Source: Harriotta raleighana | Taxonomy: Eukaryota | NCBI GenBank assembly: GCA_050575255.1 | Contig: JBNZDD010013683.1 | Span: 2,397,867 to 2,461,866 of the forward strand | Direction: 5' to 3' | Length of the DNA: 64,000 nucleotides | Part shown: positions 35,967 through 49,716 of the stretch, piece after piece | Layout: every line of letters starts with the position of its first letter | Position numbering within the stretch: the stretch's first letter is position 1 | Notes under the pieces: model-generated | The model's input: the letters and a program-made list of their open reading frames with translations, nothing else | Told to the model about the DNA's origin: nothing | Databases searched by the model: none | Made by a program: the position numbers and the translations under genes

Positions 35967-37296
35967 ACGACAGGGCTCCTTATCAGGTCTGAAAGCAAAG
36001 TGCAGAATTATTGTTTCCAATGATTTGGAATCATCTTTTCTATTCAATCACATAATTGGTTTAAAAATAACCTTCGGTTGGAAATACTAGACCAGAGTCT
36101 ATTTTGGTGGCTCGCAAGAGCTGTGGAAGCAGCTGGTCATGTAAAGTTCTATGTCAGTGACCAGTTACAAGAGCCAGTAAATTTTTGGCACTCTGCACTA
36201 CAATAAAAGAGGACTTCACTGCAGGCATGTAGGCTGGCCCGAGTCCAGCTCTTTTTCATTTGGATACATTGTACAACTCCGCAGCAAAGCAATGCTGAAA
36301 ATGCACAGTACAGTAAACATGTGCGCCTTCTCAGGGTGTGTGTAGGTGCGCACAGGGATGCAGTAAACACAGGGGCCAATTCCGACTATTTTAAAGGGAG
36401 CTTCCCAAAACTACATGTGCACAACCTGTGTGTGTGCGGTGAAGAGATGTACCATAAACAACAGAATTTTTTTTAGTATCGGGAGAAAAGAAAAATGGAA
36501 AAGATTTCTGTTGTACCCAATATATTTGTAAATATATATTTTCAACAAAAAAAAACTTAGCCTAGTCTTTCTCCAGACTGAACTTGACTTATGTTCATGA
36601 CTCAGGTGGAAGATGTAAATTTTTTGTTCCAATTAATCACAAACGGAGGTGTTGCCCACACTGTGGTTTCAGCATGTTGCTTGGTGAAGAACAGCAGTTC
36701 TCAAATCACAGCCAAGCTGGAGAAGGGAGATGATGGGGGAGACTATTCACTTGCTGAAATTTAGAGGAAATCAGAGGGCAAACAATCCCAGGACAGGACA
36801 CAGCACACAATCTTCTTCAGAGTGGAATCTGTGGGAATCTCTAGCCAATTGTTGGCGGCTTTATCCTGGCCAATTGCTTCAGCCAACTTTAGATTAGAAG
36901 GTTGCATTGGAGGTGATGGCATCAATCTAATGGGACAAATGGCCTCAGTCTATTCTGAAAGTTTAGACCGCCAGGTTTGTCAGCTTGCAGTTACCATCGA
37001 GCTGTATCATACTCTCCAGGTGCGGTTAAACTCCTACCTCCTTTAGCAACAACAAAAAAATGTGGGGGCAAGGAGACTGCTGGAATTAAAGAGTAAAGAC
37101 AATAAATAAACTGATGGGATACTCAGATTGGGCAGGCAGGGGGTTGGAGGGGGAGGGTGGGAGGAATATTAAATCACCAGCAATAAGCAAAAACAGCAAA
37201 TCAAATGCGAAAATGACATTCAAGTTGGAAACAATGCACGGGAAACAAAAAAAAAAGGGTTTAAATAAAAAAGTTGGCTTTACTTCACAGCACTGG

Positions 37297-40200
37297 GGTT
37301 TGGCCACCCAGGCAGCTGCATCCACTATTGCACTTCATTGAAATCCAACTGACAACCCTGCAGCCCGTATACAGATAACATCGTTTGAAAAGAAACTCCG
37401 CTCCTACTTTGGCTGGGATTTTTTTTTCCCCCTTTACCTGCTCGTGCTACCCATGTTTTGCCAAAGTTTAGACTGGAGGCTTTTTCTTTCTCTCGCTCTT
37501 AAACCCCTCCACCCACCCAGCAAATAATTTTTTACCCCATAGCGAACAACAACTTCCATTAGCACCCTTCGCAAAGGAGCATAAATCAACAAATCAAACA
37601 AATAATAGTAATCCTTGCATTTGATAGAGCGATATAGACGTCTCAAAGCACTTCACAGAATATACTGGAAAGTGAAAGTGAAAAGGAAATTCAGGTAGAA
37701 ATAATATGGATAGAAAACTAAAGTTAAAAAAAGTAGGAAAACTAGAACTGTACATTATAAATGCCTCTCAAGGACTTATAAAAAGGCACAGTGCTAAGCA
37801 CGGGGCAATGGGAAGAGTATCAATCAGTCTGCACCTCTCCTACCTGCAATCTTTCAGCTAGGGCAGATATGGTTTGTAATAAACGCAGCCTATTAAAGAT
37901 ACCGGAAGACAGAGACAGCGGGGAAAACAAAAAGATCTATGCATGTTGTAGACAATGATATTTTATCCTATCTCTCCAATACTTTGTATCTCGAATCCAA
38001 AATACTTCATGTTCCACAGTGGTTCCATTTTGCTGGCGAATACACCAGGAAAACTTATTCCATGGCTGCTGTTCCCCCCAGGCCCCACCCCCACTCACAC
38101 AAACTCCCTTTGATAATTTTGAGGTCCTTACTTGCTCATTATTATTATTATTATGGCTATGCTATGCTCATTCGACATTAATTCTATTTCCTCCTCCCCT
38201 CTTTCTCCCCCATTATCTTTCACCGCTTTCGGATGCTATAGCTTGCTTGATGCTACACATAAAGCTTTCATCAGGAAATAAGGAGCTCCAGTCCACATAC
38301 GTGTATTGCACTCAAGCCTTCATTGTGGATACTGATAGGATTCAAGTCAGTTCATGCAATTCAAAGCTTTAACCTGCTCCATTCTGTGAATTTAGTTTTT
38401 TCGGGGGCTTTGTAAGACACAACATCCTGCTTTAAGAAATTCAAATCTGAATGTTTTAAGGCAAAACATATTTCATTTCATTTCAACTATGCAGCTAATG
38501 TGAGCAGCTTTTATTTTACCAGACCAACTGACGACAAGCACAGGCCTGTGGCTCCTGAATTGACAGCTTGATTCCTAAAATTAGTTCACGCTGGCTGGGC
38601 GTGGCATGGGCAGCAAGAAGCAAACACGTCAAAAGATTTTCTGAGCTATCAGTTTTACCAGTCCAATATTCCAAAGCCCTCAGATTGTACAAAATATTTA
38701 AGTTTCCCGCCTGAACATTTGTTTTAAAGCATATAACACTCAGAGCTTCCATAATAAAAATCAGTCCATTTTAAAAAAATCATTGGCAAAATAAATATCA
38801 TTTTGTTATTCTCACAAAGAATTAACTTTTGCTGTTAAGCTTATTTCAGCAATTATGTGTTCATCTNGGTTTGGCCACCCAGGCAGCTGCATCCACTATT
38901 GCACTTCATTGAAATCCAACTGACAACCCTGCAGCCCGTATACAGATAACATCGTTTGAAAAGAAACTCCGCTCCTACTTTGGCTGGGATTTTTTTTTCC
39001 CCCTTTACCTGCTCGTGCTACCCATGTTTTGCCAAAGTTTAGACTGGAGGCTTTTTCTTTCTCTCGCTCTTAAACCCCTCCACCCACCCAGCAAATAATT
39101 TTTTACCCCATAGCGAACAACAACTTCCATTAGCACCCTTCGCAAAGGAGCATAAATCAACAAATCAAACAAATAATAGTAATCCTTGCATTTGATAGAG
39201 CGATATAGACGTCTCAAAGCACTTCACAGAATATACTGGAAAGTGAAAGTGAAAAGGAAATTCAGGTAGAAATAATATGGATAGAAAACTAAAGTTAAAA
39301 AAAGTAGGAAAACTAGAACTGTACATTATAAATGCCTCTCAAGGACTTATAAAAAGGCACAGTGCTAAGCACGGGGCAATGGGAAGAGTATCAATCAGTC
39401 TGCACCTCTCCTACCTGCAATCTTTCAGCTAGGGCAGATATGGTTTGTAATAAACGCAGCCTATTAAAGATACCGGAAGACAGAGACAGCGGGGAAAACA
39501 AAAAGATCTATGCATGTTGTAGACAATGATATTTTATCCTATCTCTCCAATACTTTGTATCTCGAATCCAAAATACTTCATGTTCCACAGTGGTTCCATT
39601 TTGCTGGCGAATACACCAGGAAAACTTATTCCATGGCTGCTGTTCCCCCCAGGCCCCACCCCCACTCACACAAACTCCCTTTGATAATTTTGAGGTCCTT
39701 ACTTGCTCATTATTATTATTATTATGGCTATGCTATGCTCATTCGACATTAATTCTATTTCCTCCTCCCCTCTTTCTCCCCCATTATCTTTCACCGCTTT
39801 CGGATGCTATAGCTTGCTTGATGCTACACATAAAGCTTTCATCAGGAAATAAGGAGCTCCAGTCCACATACGTGTATTGCACTCAAGCCTTCATTGTGGA
39901 TACTGATAGGATTCAAGTCAGTTCATGCAATTCAAAGCTTTAACCTGCTCCATTCTGTGAATTTAGTTTTTTCGGGGGCTTTGTAAGACACAACATCCTG
40001 CTTTAAGAAATTCAAATCTGAATGTTTTAAGGCAAAACATATTTCATTTCATTTCAACTATGCAGCTAATGTGAGCAGCTTTTATTTTACCAGACCAACT
40101 GACGACAAGCACAGGCCTGTGGCTCCTGAATTGACAGCTTGATTCCTAAAATTAGTTCACGCTGGCTGGGCGTGGCATGGGCAGCAAGAAGCAAACACGT

Positions 40201-40437
40201 CAAAAGATTTTCTGAGCTATCAGTTTTACCAGTCCAATATTCCAAAGCCCTCAGATTGTACAAAATATTTAAGTTTCCCGCCTGAACATTTGTTTTAAAG
40301 CATATAACACTCAGAGCTTCCATAATAAAAATCAGTCCATTTTAAAAAAATCATTGGCAAAATAAATATCATTTTGTTATTCTCACAAAGAATTAACTTT
40401 TGCTGTTAAGCTTATTTCAGCAATTATGTGTTCATCT
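37297..40437. repeat. Apparently identical 1570-bp direct duplication joined by a single N (probable unmerged contig overlap)
   Basis: 37297-38866 equals 38868-40437 (offset 1571; ORF-track translations identical); N at 38867. Confidence 0.95.
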
Positions 40438-40785
40438 GCGACCTCCAACCAACCTGCCCCCATCCGACTCAGCTCAGCAGATTCCGACTCAGCTCAGCAG
40501 ATTGCGTCCTGCTCCATGTCCCCCGACTCACCCACCCCACCATTGACGGGCATGCCTTCAGCCACTCTGCTCCCAACCTGTGGAACTCCATCCTGCAGGC
40601 CCTCCGCCCTAGCCTCCTTCAAATACTGCCTCAAGACCCTCCTCATCAACAGTCCCATCGGTCACCCCAAATCCCCCCTTTCCCTCCATGCCCCCACCAC
40701 CCCCTGACCTCAGCACGGGTCTGAAACAATGCCTTGGGGCATCCTCTTGACGTGAAATGCGCTCTAGTGTAATTTTGTTGTTGTT
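40438..40785 (+). mobile_element. L2 LINE 3' end
   Basis: GHAFSHSAPNLWNSI and SALASFKYCLKTLL in two frames (L2 ORF2 C-terminus), then gccttggggcatcctcttgacgtgaaatgcgct...(ttg)n. Confidence 0.85.
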
Positions 40786-41446
40786 AATCCGATGCATGGT
40801 TATAACTCTTGTGAGTGGAGCTGTGTTCTTGATCTGATATAATGAAGGCAGGAGGACACAAATATTGACTTGCTGGCTTGCCCACAAAAATATACAACCA
40901 CTGTGCTTTACAGTACATCCCGTGAAGCACATCGAGAACTTTCTGCTAATGTGAAAGGCCCTAAAACAAATGTGCTGCCTCATATTATTATTAATAATAT
41001 TGCAAATCCACCACCGACCTGCCAATGCCAATATATGGAATGGGATATGGGTGTTTTTAAATGATAAACCTAGTAACACTTCTGCTAACATGCAGCATTC
41101 CCAATGTGAACACCAGCTGTATTCAATGTCCCAGAGGAGAGAACAGTTACAAAAATTCAATAATTTGTTTATTTTTTCCCCAAAAAACACTAGTTCATTA
41201 GCAAAGTACCCTGAGGAGTGATAAGAATGTAATATTTAAAAAAAAAGAAATTCAAACCAGCTGTGTTAACACCTCTGTAAGTATATCCATGTTAAGCAAA
41301 CTTTCAAAATAAAATGTTTCATCCACATTCCTTGCAATATTTCGGGCGCTGTAGGCACAGGTTCGCAGATGAAAGGATTGGAGCATAAAGCTTGCTTTAT
41401 AATTGCCAGCTGAGTTAGCAGGTCAAAGAGAAACCCAACAACTCAC

Positions 41447-41512
41447 ATTTCTTCCAGTGCTGCACAGCCTTCAAAACTTGGTAGCTCCTTTATCTGATTG
41501 TACGACAAGTCC
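41447..41512 (-). CDS. LGR4: LGR4 exon 12 (LRR)
   Basis: 66 nt, phase 2-2. DLSYNQIKELPSFEGCAALEEI. Confidence 0.94.
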
Positions 41513-42300
41513 CTGAGAAGGATAACAAGTTTTTCTTTTTTAAAAAATACACATTAAAAAAAAGTGTCCACGCACACACACAAATCTTTAAGGCTTGCGG
41601 TTTGAATTATTGAGTACTAAATGGGATTTCAAAGCAAAATAGACGAGAGCATTCTCGCCAGTGCGATGCTGCAAAGTTTGGGAGTTCTTGGGCAAATCAG
41701 ATCAGGTTCACAGGATTTGTAAATGCTGGTATTACCCTCCTAATCCTCAGAAAGACCTGCGAAATATTCAACGCATCTTATATTGTGAAATCAAGTCCCC
41801 TCCAGCATAGATTTAAAAGAAATGCAAATTTCAGGAAAATGTTTCCAAACCAAACCTACTGAAAGGTTTACATGCTGATCGGAAACAGTACATATTTAGT
41901 CTGTGGATAAGGAAGGTTCCTGTGTACCAGGTGGTGATTCTTGCTGTCTCTCCCCCTACTTCGTCCCCAATAAACAAAAAAATAGTTTACGAATAGGGCA
42001 TTACATTCTCTGCTATCATAATGAACTGCCTCAGTGGCTCAGCTCTTCTTCAGCCTGAATTCAACTGAAACCTCACCACTTCTCTTTCTAACCTCAGGCA
42101 ATAAACTTGGCTCTCACAGATGGAACCGTCACCTTAAAACACTTTAATTCAACCCTTTGCGTACTTTTATCCCGCACTCTCACAATATTCACGAACTTTT
42201 GCAGCTCATTGTGCACTTTACACTTTGCAATAATTGCACTCTGCAAGCAATTTTCCAACCTGAGCTGTTTTTTTTTGGACGCTACAAAGCGTAAACTTAC

Positions 42301-42372
42301 AAAAATCGTAGCATCTTCAGTTGTTGGCACAGGTCAGGTGGGATTCTGCTGATTCTGGTTCCGGTTAAAGTG
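42301..42372 (-). CDS. LGR4: LGR4 exon 11 (atypical LRR)
   Basis: 72 nt, atgcag|...|gtaagt. TLTGTRISRIPPDLCQQLKMLRFL. Confidence 0.94.
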
Positions 42373-42524
42373 CTGCATCAAAAAAAAAACACACACACAC
42401 CAAAATAAAGAGGTTACATCAACATTTCCGAATTACTATCTGGGCCATGTCATGTGCAATGCTGCTCCATACAAAGAACAAAAAGCACTGGGTCAATTGT
42501 TGAATTTCAAGGGTATTCAATAAG

Positions 42525-42645
42525 TTACAGGACATTGTGGATCGAGTTGGGGAGTGGGACTAATTGGATAGCTCTTTCAAAGAGCTGGCACGCGCACTGT
42601 GGGCCAAATGGCCTTCTTCTGTGCCTGTAGGATTCTATGATTCTA
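42525..42645 (+). mobile_element. CR1 LINE extreme 3' end
   Basis: gggagtgggactaattggatagctctttcaaagagctggcac...gggccaaatggccttcttctgtg...attctatgattcta (CR1 octamer tail). Confidence 0.8.
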
Positions 42646-42869
42646 CGTCCTTCTAATTAATGCTTGATCATCGGATTAACTCACTGTTCCCACTTCAGCA
42701 GATTCCTCAAAGACCAATTATGCAGAAACAAATCGGTTTCCAATAATAGCAAAGAGTTGAAAATGGATCGCTTGGAAACCAATTTTTGTTGCACAGTTGA
42801 AGTGGATTTAAATTGTAGTTGTGCTGCCAAAAAACAGAAATCCCTCATTATCGTGATCCAGGCACTTAC

Positions 42870-42944
42870 AGGTCTTTCGAGATTTACTGTTCCTGCAAAG
42901 CCATTATATCATGCTAGCTTCAACATTCTTTGTTACGTATCACT
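42870..42944 (-). pseudogene. LGR4: Decayed remnant of LGR4 exon 10 (pseudo-exon)
   Basis: Fragments VIR / EASMI*W / AGTVNLE, broken by indels, followed by donor |gtaagt, at the expected place between exons 9 and 11. No open phase 2-2 frame reaches this donor. Confidence 0.6.
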
Positions 42945-43790
42945 AAACTTTGGCCAGTGACACTGGGCAAGAGAGGAATAAGTCTGCACCATACTGAACC
43001 TGAAACTAATCTCTATTCACATGTATGAAGCCAAATCACTTTGTTCGGTGAGGAAGTGTACACATTTATTTCAAAGAAATAGATATAGTTCAAAGTACTG
43101 TACTATCTATTTTTTTCCTCAATATGAAAGCAAGAATCCTAACACAGTATAATCTGTGTCATTGTTTAGAAGAAGGTAGAAATCTATAACATAGCCCATT
43201 GGGCTATGCTTCATTAAGTGTAAAGCAGCACAGAACCTCTGCCCATCAAGTCTGAACTGATGTTATCTATGTGAGCCACTTGATCTAATCCCACTCTCCT
43301 GCTAGTTTCCCCATATCCTTAACATTCCTCTGGTTTCAAACATCCAAGACAACATTCTTTCAATCCATTACCCTGCCTCCATATTCTTACGTACCATTTA
43401 TTCATCCATCCTTCTTTTGAATGCCTTAGTCATCCGCAACCTTCCAAATCTGCAGTATTTCCACCTACTGTGAACGTTTGTTTTGGATATTCAAAGTATT
43501 CCCTGAAGTTTTGAATTGACTAAACCGTAATGATAAATACAGCAATAGGAACTAAGATTTGTACTAACCATTACAAATGTGGTCCAATCGTTTTACAGGT
43601 TAACGCAGGAACAGTCATATAATGTGAGGGGCAAATGCACATTAAACATTACAATAGTTTCTGTTGGCCTATAGTATAGACCAATAGAACATTCAAACCA
43701 TTTCATAACAGGTTGACTTTTCATAAATAATGTCAAAGTGTCACAATTAGAATGGAACCAGAACAAATGGAAACCAAACCAAGGACTTAC

Positions 43791-43862
43791 AGAGATTGTA
43801 GTTCTGACAGATTTTGGAAAGCAGAAATCCCCACAGAAGAGATCGGGTTATCATACAAGTGT
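43791..43862 (-). CDS. LGR4: LGR4 exon 9 (LRR)
   Basis: 72 nt, phase 2-2. HLYDNPISSVGISAFQNLSELQSL. Confidence 0.95.
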
Positions 43863-43963
43863 CTGAAAGGCAAAGGGACTGGTCATAAATAATGAACAAG
43901 CAAACAACAAGCTAAGAGGTTCAACAGGCGAGAGGAGGGGAAAACAACATGTGTTTTACTTAC

Positions 43964-44035
43964 ACGGTCCGAAGTAAAGGGTTCCCACTGAAGGCCTTAT
44001 CTGGAATTACAGCAATGCTGTTACTATGAAATCCC
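43964..44035 (-). CDS. LGR4: LGR4 exon 8 (LRR)
   Basis: 72 nt. GFHSNSIAVIPDKAFSGNPLLRTV. Confidence 0.95.
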
Positions 44036-45829
44036 CTGCAACAAGAAACAAAACACTGATCAGTTTCAAACTCCCTGAACTGCAAGCAAGCAGTTTTTAT
44101 TGCAAACTTTAGACATATAGATTTCTCCAACTTTTATGTTGGAGGAAACTTGCACACTAAAATGACAATTTTATTTATGTCCGTGCTTGGATCGGTTTTG
44201 AACTCCACAACCTCTCAATGATTACAGCAAACCCATACACCAGTAGGTAGATAATGTATTCTTCTACATTTACTGATTTACATAAAGTGATACGGAACAG
44301 TAATAGGCCGTTGGGTGAATTAGTCCATGCCAGTGTTTATGCTATTACATGAACCCACACCCCTTTCCAATACATCTCTGTTCCCCTCCTACTATTTAAC
44401 TCAACTGTTTGTTTTTCCGTCCAAAGTCCTGTGCAGCCAGCTGTTATCTATTACAATCGGACTCCTATCCCCACCCTAAAGTTTCATGCATGGTTTGCTT
44501 TCTGCCATGACTCGTCAGTTACAAGTTGCTCATGTTCTGGCTCAGTAATGTTTTACTTAATCGCTGGATCCTGCTATATTTCATTACCACTGGTTTCTTG
44601 TGTACCTAAAGCATTTGTGGAGTTGATAAATTAAACATCTGAATTCTTTGGCATGTGAAGGGATGAGGCACACAATGTTCCCATCAAGCATTAAGCAATT
44701 TTGCCGAGTGTGCGGATTCTCCCACTCAACCGACGGTTCAAAATTTTCTACATCGTACAACAGTCTCAAAGGGATTACAATACATATGTGATGGGCAGCA
44801 CAGCAGGAAAAGGTCCAGGAGACAAATTCTAAGAGAAAATGATCCAAACAAGGACTAATGAGAGATCACAATTCAGCTTGGTACACTTCAAATCAACAAG
44901 GCAAAGTCATTTCATTTCAAGAATGGAGTTATAAGGCGGTCTCTTATAAAGCGAGTGGCCTGCATACTCGTGTTTCGTTGTGTCATGCAGACCTGTCGGC
45001 TGCAGGCAGCGGTATCACAGCGGTGGTTTTGGCTTCAGGCCCAGTTATAATGCAAGGTTGGGGTTTATGGACCTGAAATGGTGTGTTATATCTTCTGAAA
45101 TACTTTACCTTTAACAGAACTGCCTGAAAACTGTTTTGACCTGGGTCTAAGGTACACATTTCTGCAACTGGCAAATGAAAAGTAAAATTGCTTGGAAGCG
45201 GCCTCTCACAATCAAAGCATTCAGCAGTGACTCGCACATCTCGTCCAGAAAACCAAAGGGAATTCACTTTCCTTCAAAGGTTAATGAAACTTCCGAATCA
45301 TAGTGCTCTTAATATTACTGTCTAAATAAACCCATAAACTACAATGCTACTGGCATCAAATTAACTGTCTGTTGTTGAAGAGGGTGGGTGGGGATGGTGG
45401 GGGGAGGTAATCACCAAAAGCTTTCAATGTCGGAAATCGGTTTGCAAACCCGCTGTGCAAAAAGTAATTAAACTCATAAAGTGGAGGACAGATCCAATTA
45501 AACTAACGCATGTTACCATTTCCGATGCTTATATATCCTCCACATGTCACCTATAAATCCTGTTCAGAAGTGGTACTAATGGAACAACATCTCAATTTTC
45601 TACACATATACTGTACATAGATATATCTAGATAAAAGGCAACAGGACAGAAATACAGCCTTTTGCTCTTAAAGTAGCTGTCATCAACTAATCATTTGAGG
45701 AGACCAAGTAAAGAAAGGGTTGTGCTCAGGAAGATAAGGACAGGGTCTGGAAGGTCAGAGTGTCTTACACAGGACCAACAAAGAAGCAGTATGTCAGGAA
45801 GTTGGGGCTCTGTACCCAATTTATGGCAT

Positions 45830-46300
45830 GAGAGCTTCATCCACAATGAGTTACTGTGTGTGCGCGCAAGACTCAACTGTTCAAAATTGTTTTGCCCCAA
45901 GCCCAATCCAATATCTCATTGGTGATTTACTGGACATCACTGGCAGTGTTTACAATATTCATCAGTTCACCTGCATTCAAGACGTCCCAAGTCCGGAATT
46001 CCAGAGAGGATATAATCTCCCTCAATGCCAGAAGAGACCAGAACAATTGCAGCCAAGTTACAGGTTTCCCAACTGCCCGTGGCTATCATTGATTGCATGT
46101 CACGGCAGTTGAGATTGGAGCGCCAACAGTCGATCACATGGCCGACCTCCACAGCAAAGGACTTCCATGCCATCGGTGTTCAGATTGTATGTAATGCACA
46201 ACGAAGGATCTTGTGGATTCCATATCCTTCATGTTTAGACAGCAGTTCACAGCACTCCCAACATCAAGCAGGACTTCAGGGTGAATTGCCTTGGCTCGGC
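45830..46300 (+). mobile_element. Fossil PIF/Harbinger (HARBI1-like) transposase fragment
   Basis: Frameshifted GFPTARG / AIIDCM / KDFHAIGVQIVCNAQRRILW match the family pattern GFP.v.GAIDCTH...NRKGFHS.NVQ.VCD...RI. Confidence 0.7.
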
Positions 46301-47012
46301 CTATGATTTATAATTCGCTGCCAGAATTAGTCAATCATCACCATATGTGCAGCTTCAATGAAAATTAAAAGTGAAGTGGTTTTTTAACCACGGGCTGAGA
46401 AATGTTCTGTCCACAGGATGGGATATTAGAAGCTCTTTTGGTTACACTAACACACAAGAACAACTCCCTTCATGTAATGTTTCAAAGCTTCATACAGGAG
46501 ACAGTGCTTGGATATTGAGCAGGGCATGTAGGGGAGGTGACCGAAGGCGAGGTCAAAGAGTTAAGTTCAGGGCGGCTTTGGAAGACAGACAGAGATGAAG
46601 GCATTTCAGTTGGCGGAAAGCAAGTTAAAAGAAATCAACTGAACAGGGTGTTAAAACCAGGTCAGACACCATCAGATCTTTGTCTTTCAGCATTCCATGT
46701 CGAGAAAACATGGAGCACACTTCACCCTTTTAAGATCTATAGTCTCTCTGTGTCAAAGCGATCTCCAGGCAATGGCACAATGATTGAATGGCTGGACGAA
46801 ACAAACACGCTTGCCTCTGTACCTTACACCCATTTCATCAGTTTCTGACTTACCAGGACTCCGGAAACCATTCTTATCTTATCCTCATCAATGCACTTCC
46901 CAGGCACCGGAACAAGAGCCAGCAATGACCATTGAAGCATTACGAATATTTTCCACAGTCTGTTTTGATTAGCTCTAAGTACTAGAAATAAATAACACAT
47001 ATTTGCACTCAC

Positions 47013-47081
47013 AGCTCTTTCAGATTCGGAAGGAACTTGATGGCTTCAGGAAATTCCATCAAATTATTGTAGTTCAGATCC
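47013..47081 (-). CDS. LGR4: LGR4 exon 7 (LRR)
   Basis: 69 nt. DLNYNNLMEFPEAIKFLPNLKEL. Confidence 0.95.
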
Positions 47082-48807
47082 CTAGCGAGGAAATAACAGA
47101 CACAGAAGCATCAGGTAACAATCCTGGCATTTCATGTACTGTAAAACAAACTAATACAAGAGCAAACTAAACAGCCAATATTGGATTGTGCACAATGGAA
47201 CAGAGAAGGATAGGTTATTTAGAAATGTGATGTAAAAAATTAAAAAAAACGCTCTTACACAGCCACAGTCAACCCTTTCGCTGTAACATAAGGGGCCACC
47301 CAGGCCCTCGAGCAATGCAAAGAGGAATGAGATTGATTTTCAGGGCTGAGTTATGTGGAACGGCTGCATGAAACAAGGTCCCTGTCAAAAGTTTTCAAGT
47401 CAGCATTGTCTTTGATCCGTATGTTACTCAACATGAGCGACAAGAAGCCCCAGGAGTCTCTTTTTTAAAAAAAATATATAGAAGCAATATTAGGATCATA
47501 ATTATTACACGGCTAAATAATTTGCTAATTGTAATTTACAAAAAGTCCAGATTTGACAGAACAAATTGCAAAAAAAAACTCAAAAAGAGATCATCCCAGC
47601 TTCTGATGACAAGTCCTTTGCCACGCTCTGTTAAAAGGTAATCAAGTAAATACTCGGCTAATATCCATGCTCAAGAATATCTATGGGCAGAGAATAGCTT
47701 CCGATAAAGAGAATGTCCAGTCTTACCAGAGAAATGTGAGGTGAAAAATCAGATTTCATGAAGCTCGGGTTACCGAGTGGGGTATGTAACTAGTGTTTCA
47801 GTGCAAAAAGTTCACAGACAAAACTGACAGTTTCTGACATGCCCATACGATGAAAAGAACCCAAATACCAACAAATCACTTGTCAAATCTAGTGATAACA
47901 CAGGCATGAGCTGACCGTACTGAGGCAACAGCAAATTTTACAGAAAGATTGGCGACATTTTCCGAATGTGGCGCAGATTGTTTAAAAAATAGTTTTTGTT
48001 TTAAAAATGTGAAATTGTAAATCGCTTTTGAATGTAATATCTAGTACCTCCAGCTTCCAGATCAGAAAATGATGGAACCTTTTTGATAATCCAATCACAC
48101 TAATAATGGGGGGTGGAGAAAGGTGATAAGAAATCTCCCTCTCGGGGCTGATGAAAGTATTGGCAGGAATGCATGGTTCTGCTTACAAATGGCGCAGATA
48201 TCAGGAGCTCAGAGAGAAGGGGGGATTAAAAAAAGAAAATGAAGTATAGCAAACCTTGAGAATAAAGCTCACGAGAAACAAGTAAGCTCACAGCTAAAAC
48301 ACACAAACACACACAAATCACACAACAGGGAAAAGACTGCCAAAACCCTTAAATGGTGTGTGGGAAAAGAAACACAAGAGAAAAGCCAAATAAATGGAAA
48401 GGAAATATCTGCTGGAAATGTGCTTCTTTGAAAACAATAGCGATTCTTTTTTTCCGCAAATGTTACAGTTTGAGAGGAAGTCATTCCTGCCCATTTCCTA
48501 CACACTTACTGTGAGATTAAAGGTCATTCAAAACCAATAAAGCCTGACATTGACAAGCATCAGACACCACTGAGCAAAAGGAAAGTTTCATTTCAGCACA
48601 TATTCAAAATCTACTTGGAATTCAGTGAACGATAACCTGATAAGCATGGTTACTCAATGGACTGTCGTGGATTTGATATATTGACTCGTGACATGTTTCC
48701 ATCATCAAAGTCGCTACATTTCGCAAAATACAACTTTTCTTTTGCTCAAGGTTTTTCTGTCACTGTACTTCGCAAGGGAACGTTAACCACCGTTAGTTAG
48801 TACGTAC

Positions 48808-48879
48808 AGTGTCTCCAGGTTGGCAAGCCCATCAAAGCAATGGATGTCTATCGTATCGATTTTGTTATTGTGAAGATGC
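48808..48879 (-). CDS. LGR4: LGR4 exon 6 (LRR)
   Basis: 72 nt, gtttag|...|gtacgt. HLHNNKIDTIDIHCFDGLANLETL. Confidence 0.95.
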
Positions 48880-49716
48880 CTAAACAAATTGGAGGGGAAC
48901 AAAGTACAAAGTCAGCATCCGTGTCAAAAATAGCAAACAGTAACCTCTTTCCAGGTTAAAGCAAGTGCATCCAATCTATTATTTCAGCACTGTTCATAAC
49001 AAGAGTCTCAATTAGGGGTACGGGAAACTGCACTTCAACACGACTTTCTTCTGAGGAAGTTTCGGAGTAATATCAACCTGATAAGACATATAGTTTATTA
49101 GCGGGAATCCTCTTCAATGGTTCACCCCAATACAGGTTACTCAAATAAGTGAGTAAATAAGTTAAAGAAAAGAGACATCTGAAAATATATCTGAACACTA
49201 TTGTGTAGGATCTGTGGAATACCTTATATAAAAATTGCTTGGCAGTTTGGGGAGTTATCTGAACAGCCTTTTAACAAACTCACCAAACATGTCTTGTACT
49301 TAACTGCAGAAACAATTTACATCAACCATCCAAATTCCCTGGAGGTGTAATCCAGCATTGAGCACTGAAACTCACTTTATTAAAAAAAAATTCAATTGTA
49401 TAGAAATTTTGTGAATATCTTTTACTTTATTGAAAATGAAAGGGGAAAGAGAAGCTTAGAACCCCAAATTATACTGCAATGAGTATCAAACATTGTCATT
49501 TATCAGCCAAAAAACACAGTTTAGCACAATAGTTGGTGTAGCACATTTTGTTTTACTAAGGAGTAAATTTGTTTTGCTTATGACAGGTTTGAGTACTTTG
49601 AAATGAACTACCAATTTTGGTTAAATTGGGTTCATCATTTATACCAAGTCTTTGTTTTATACACAAAAAAAGCTGTAAATATTTCTACAATTACTGGATT
49701 CCTGTAGATCACTTAC

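Noticed and set aside
37297-40437. 1570-bp tandem duplication in LGR4 intron 12 as a real recent duplication
   Set aside because: The copies look identical, are joined by a single N, and the first copy stops where an L2 repeat begins after the second. This is the pattern of an unmerged contig overlap. Half read depth over the region or spanning long reads would confirm.
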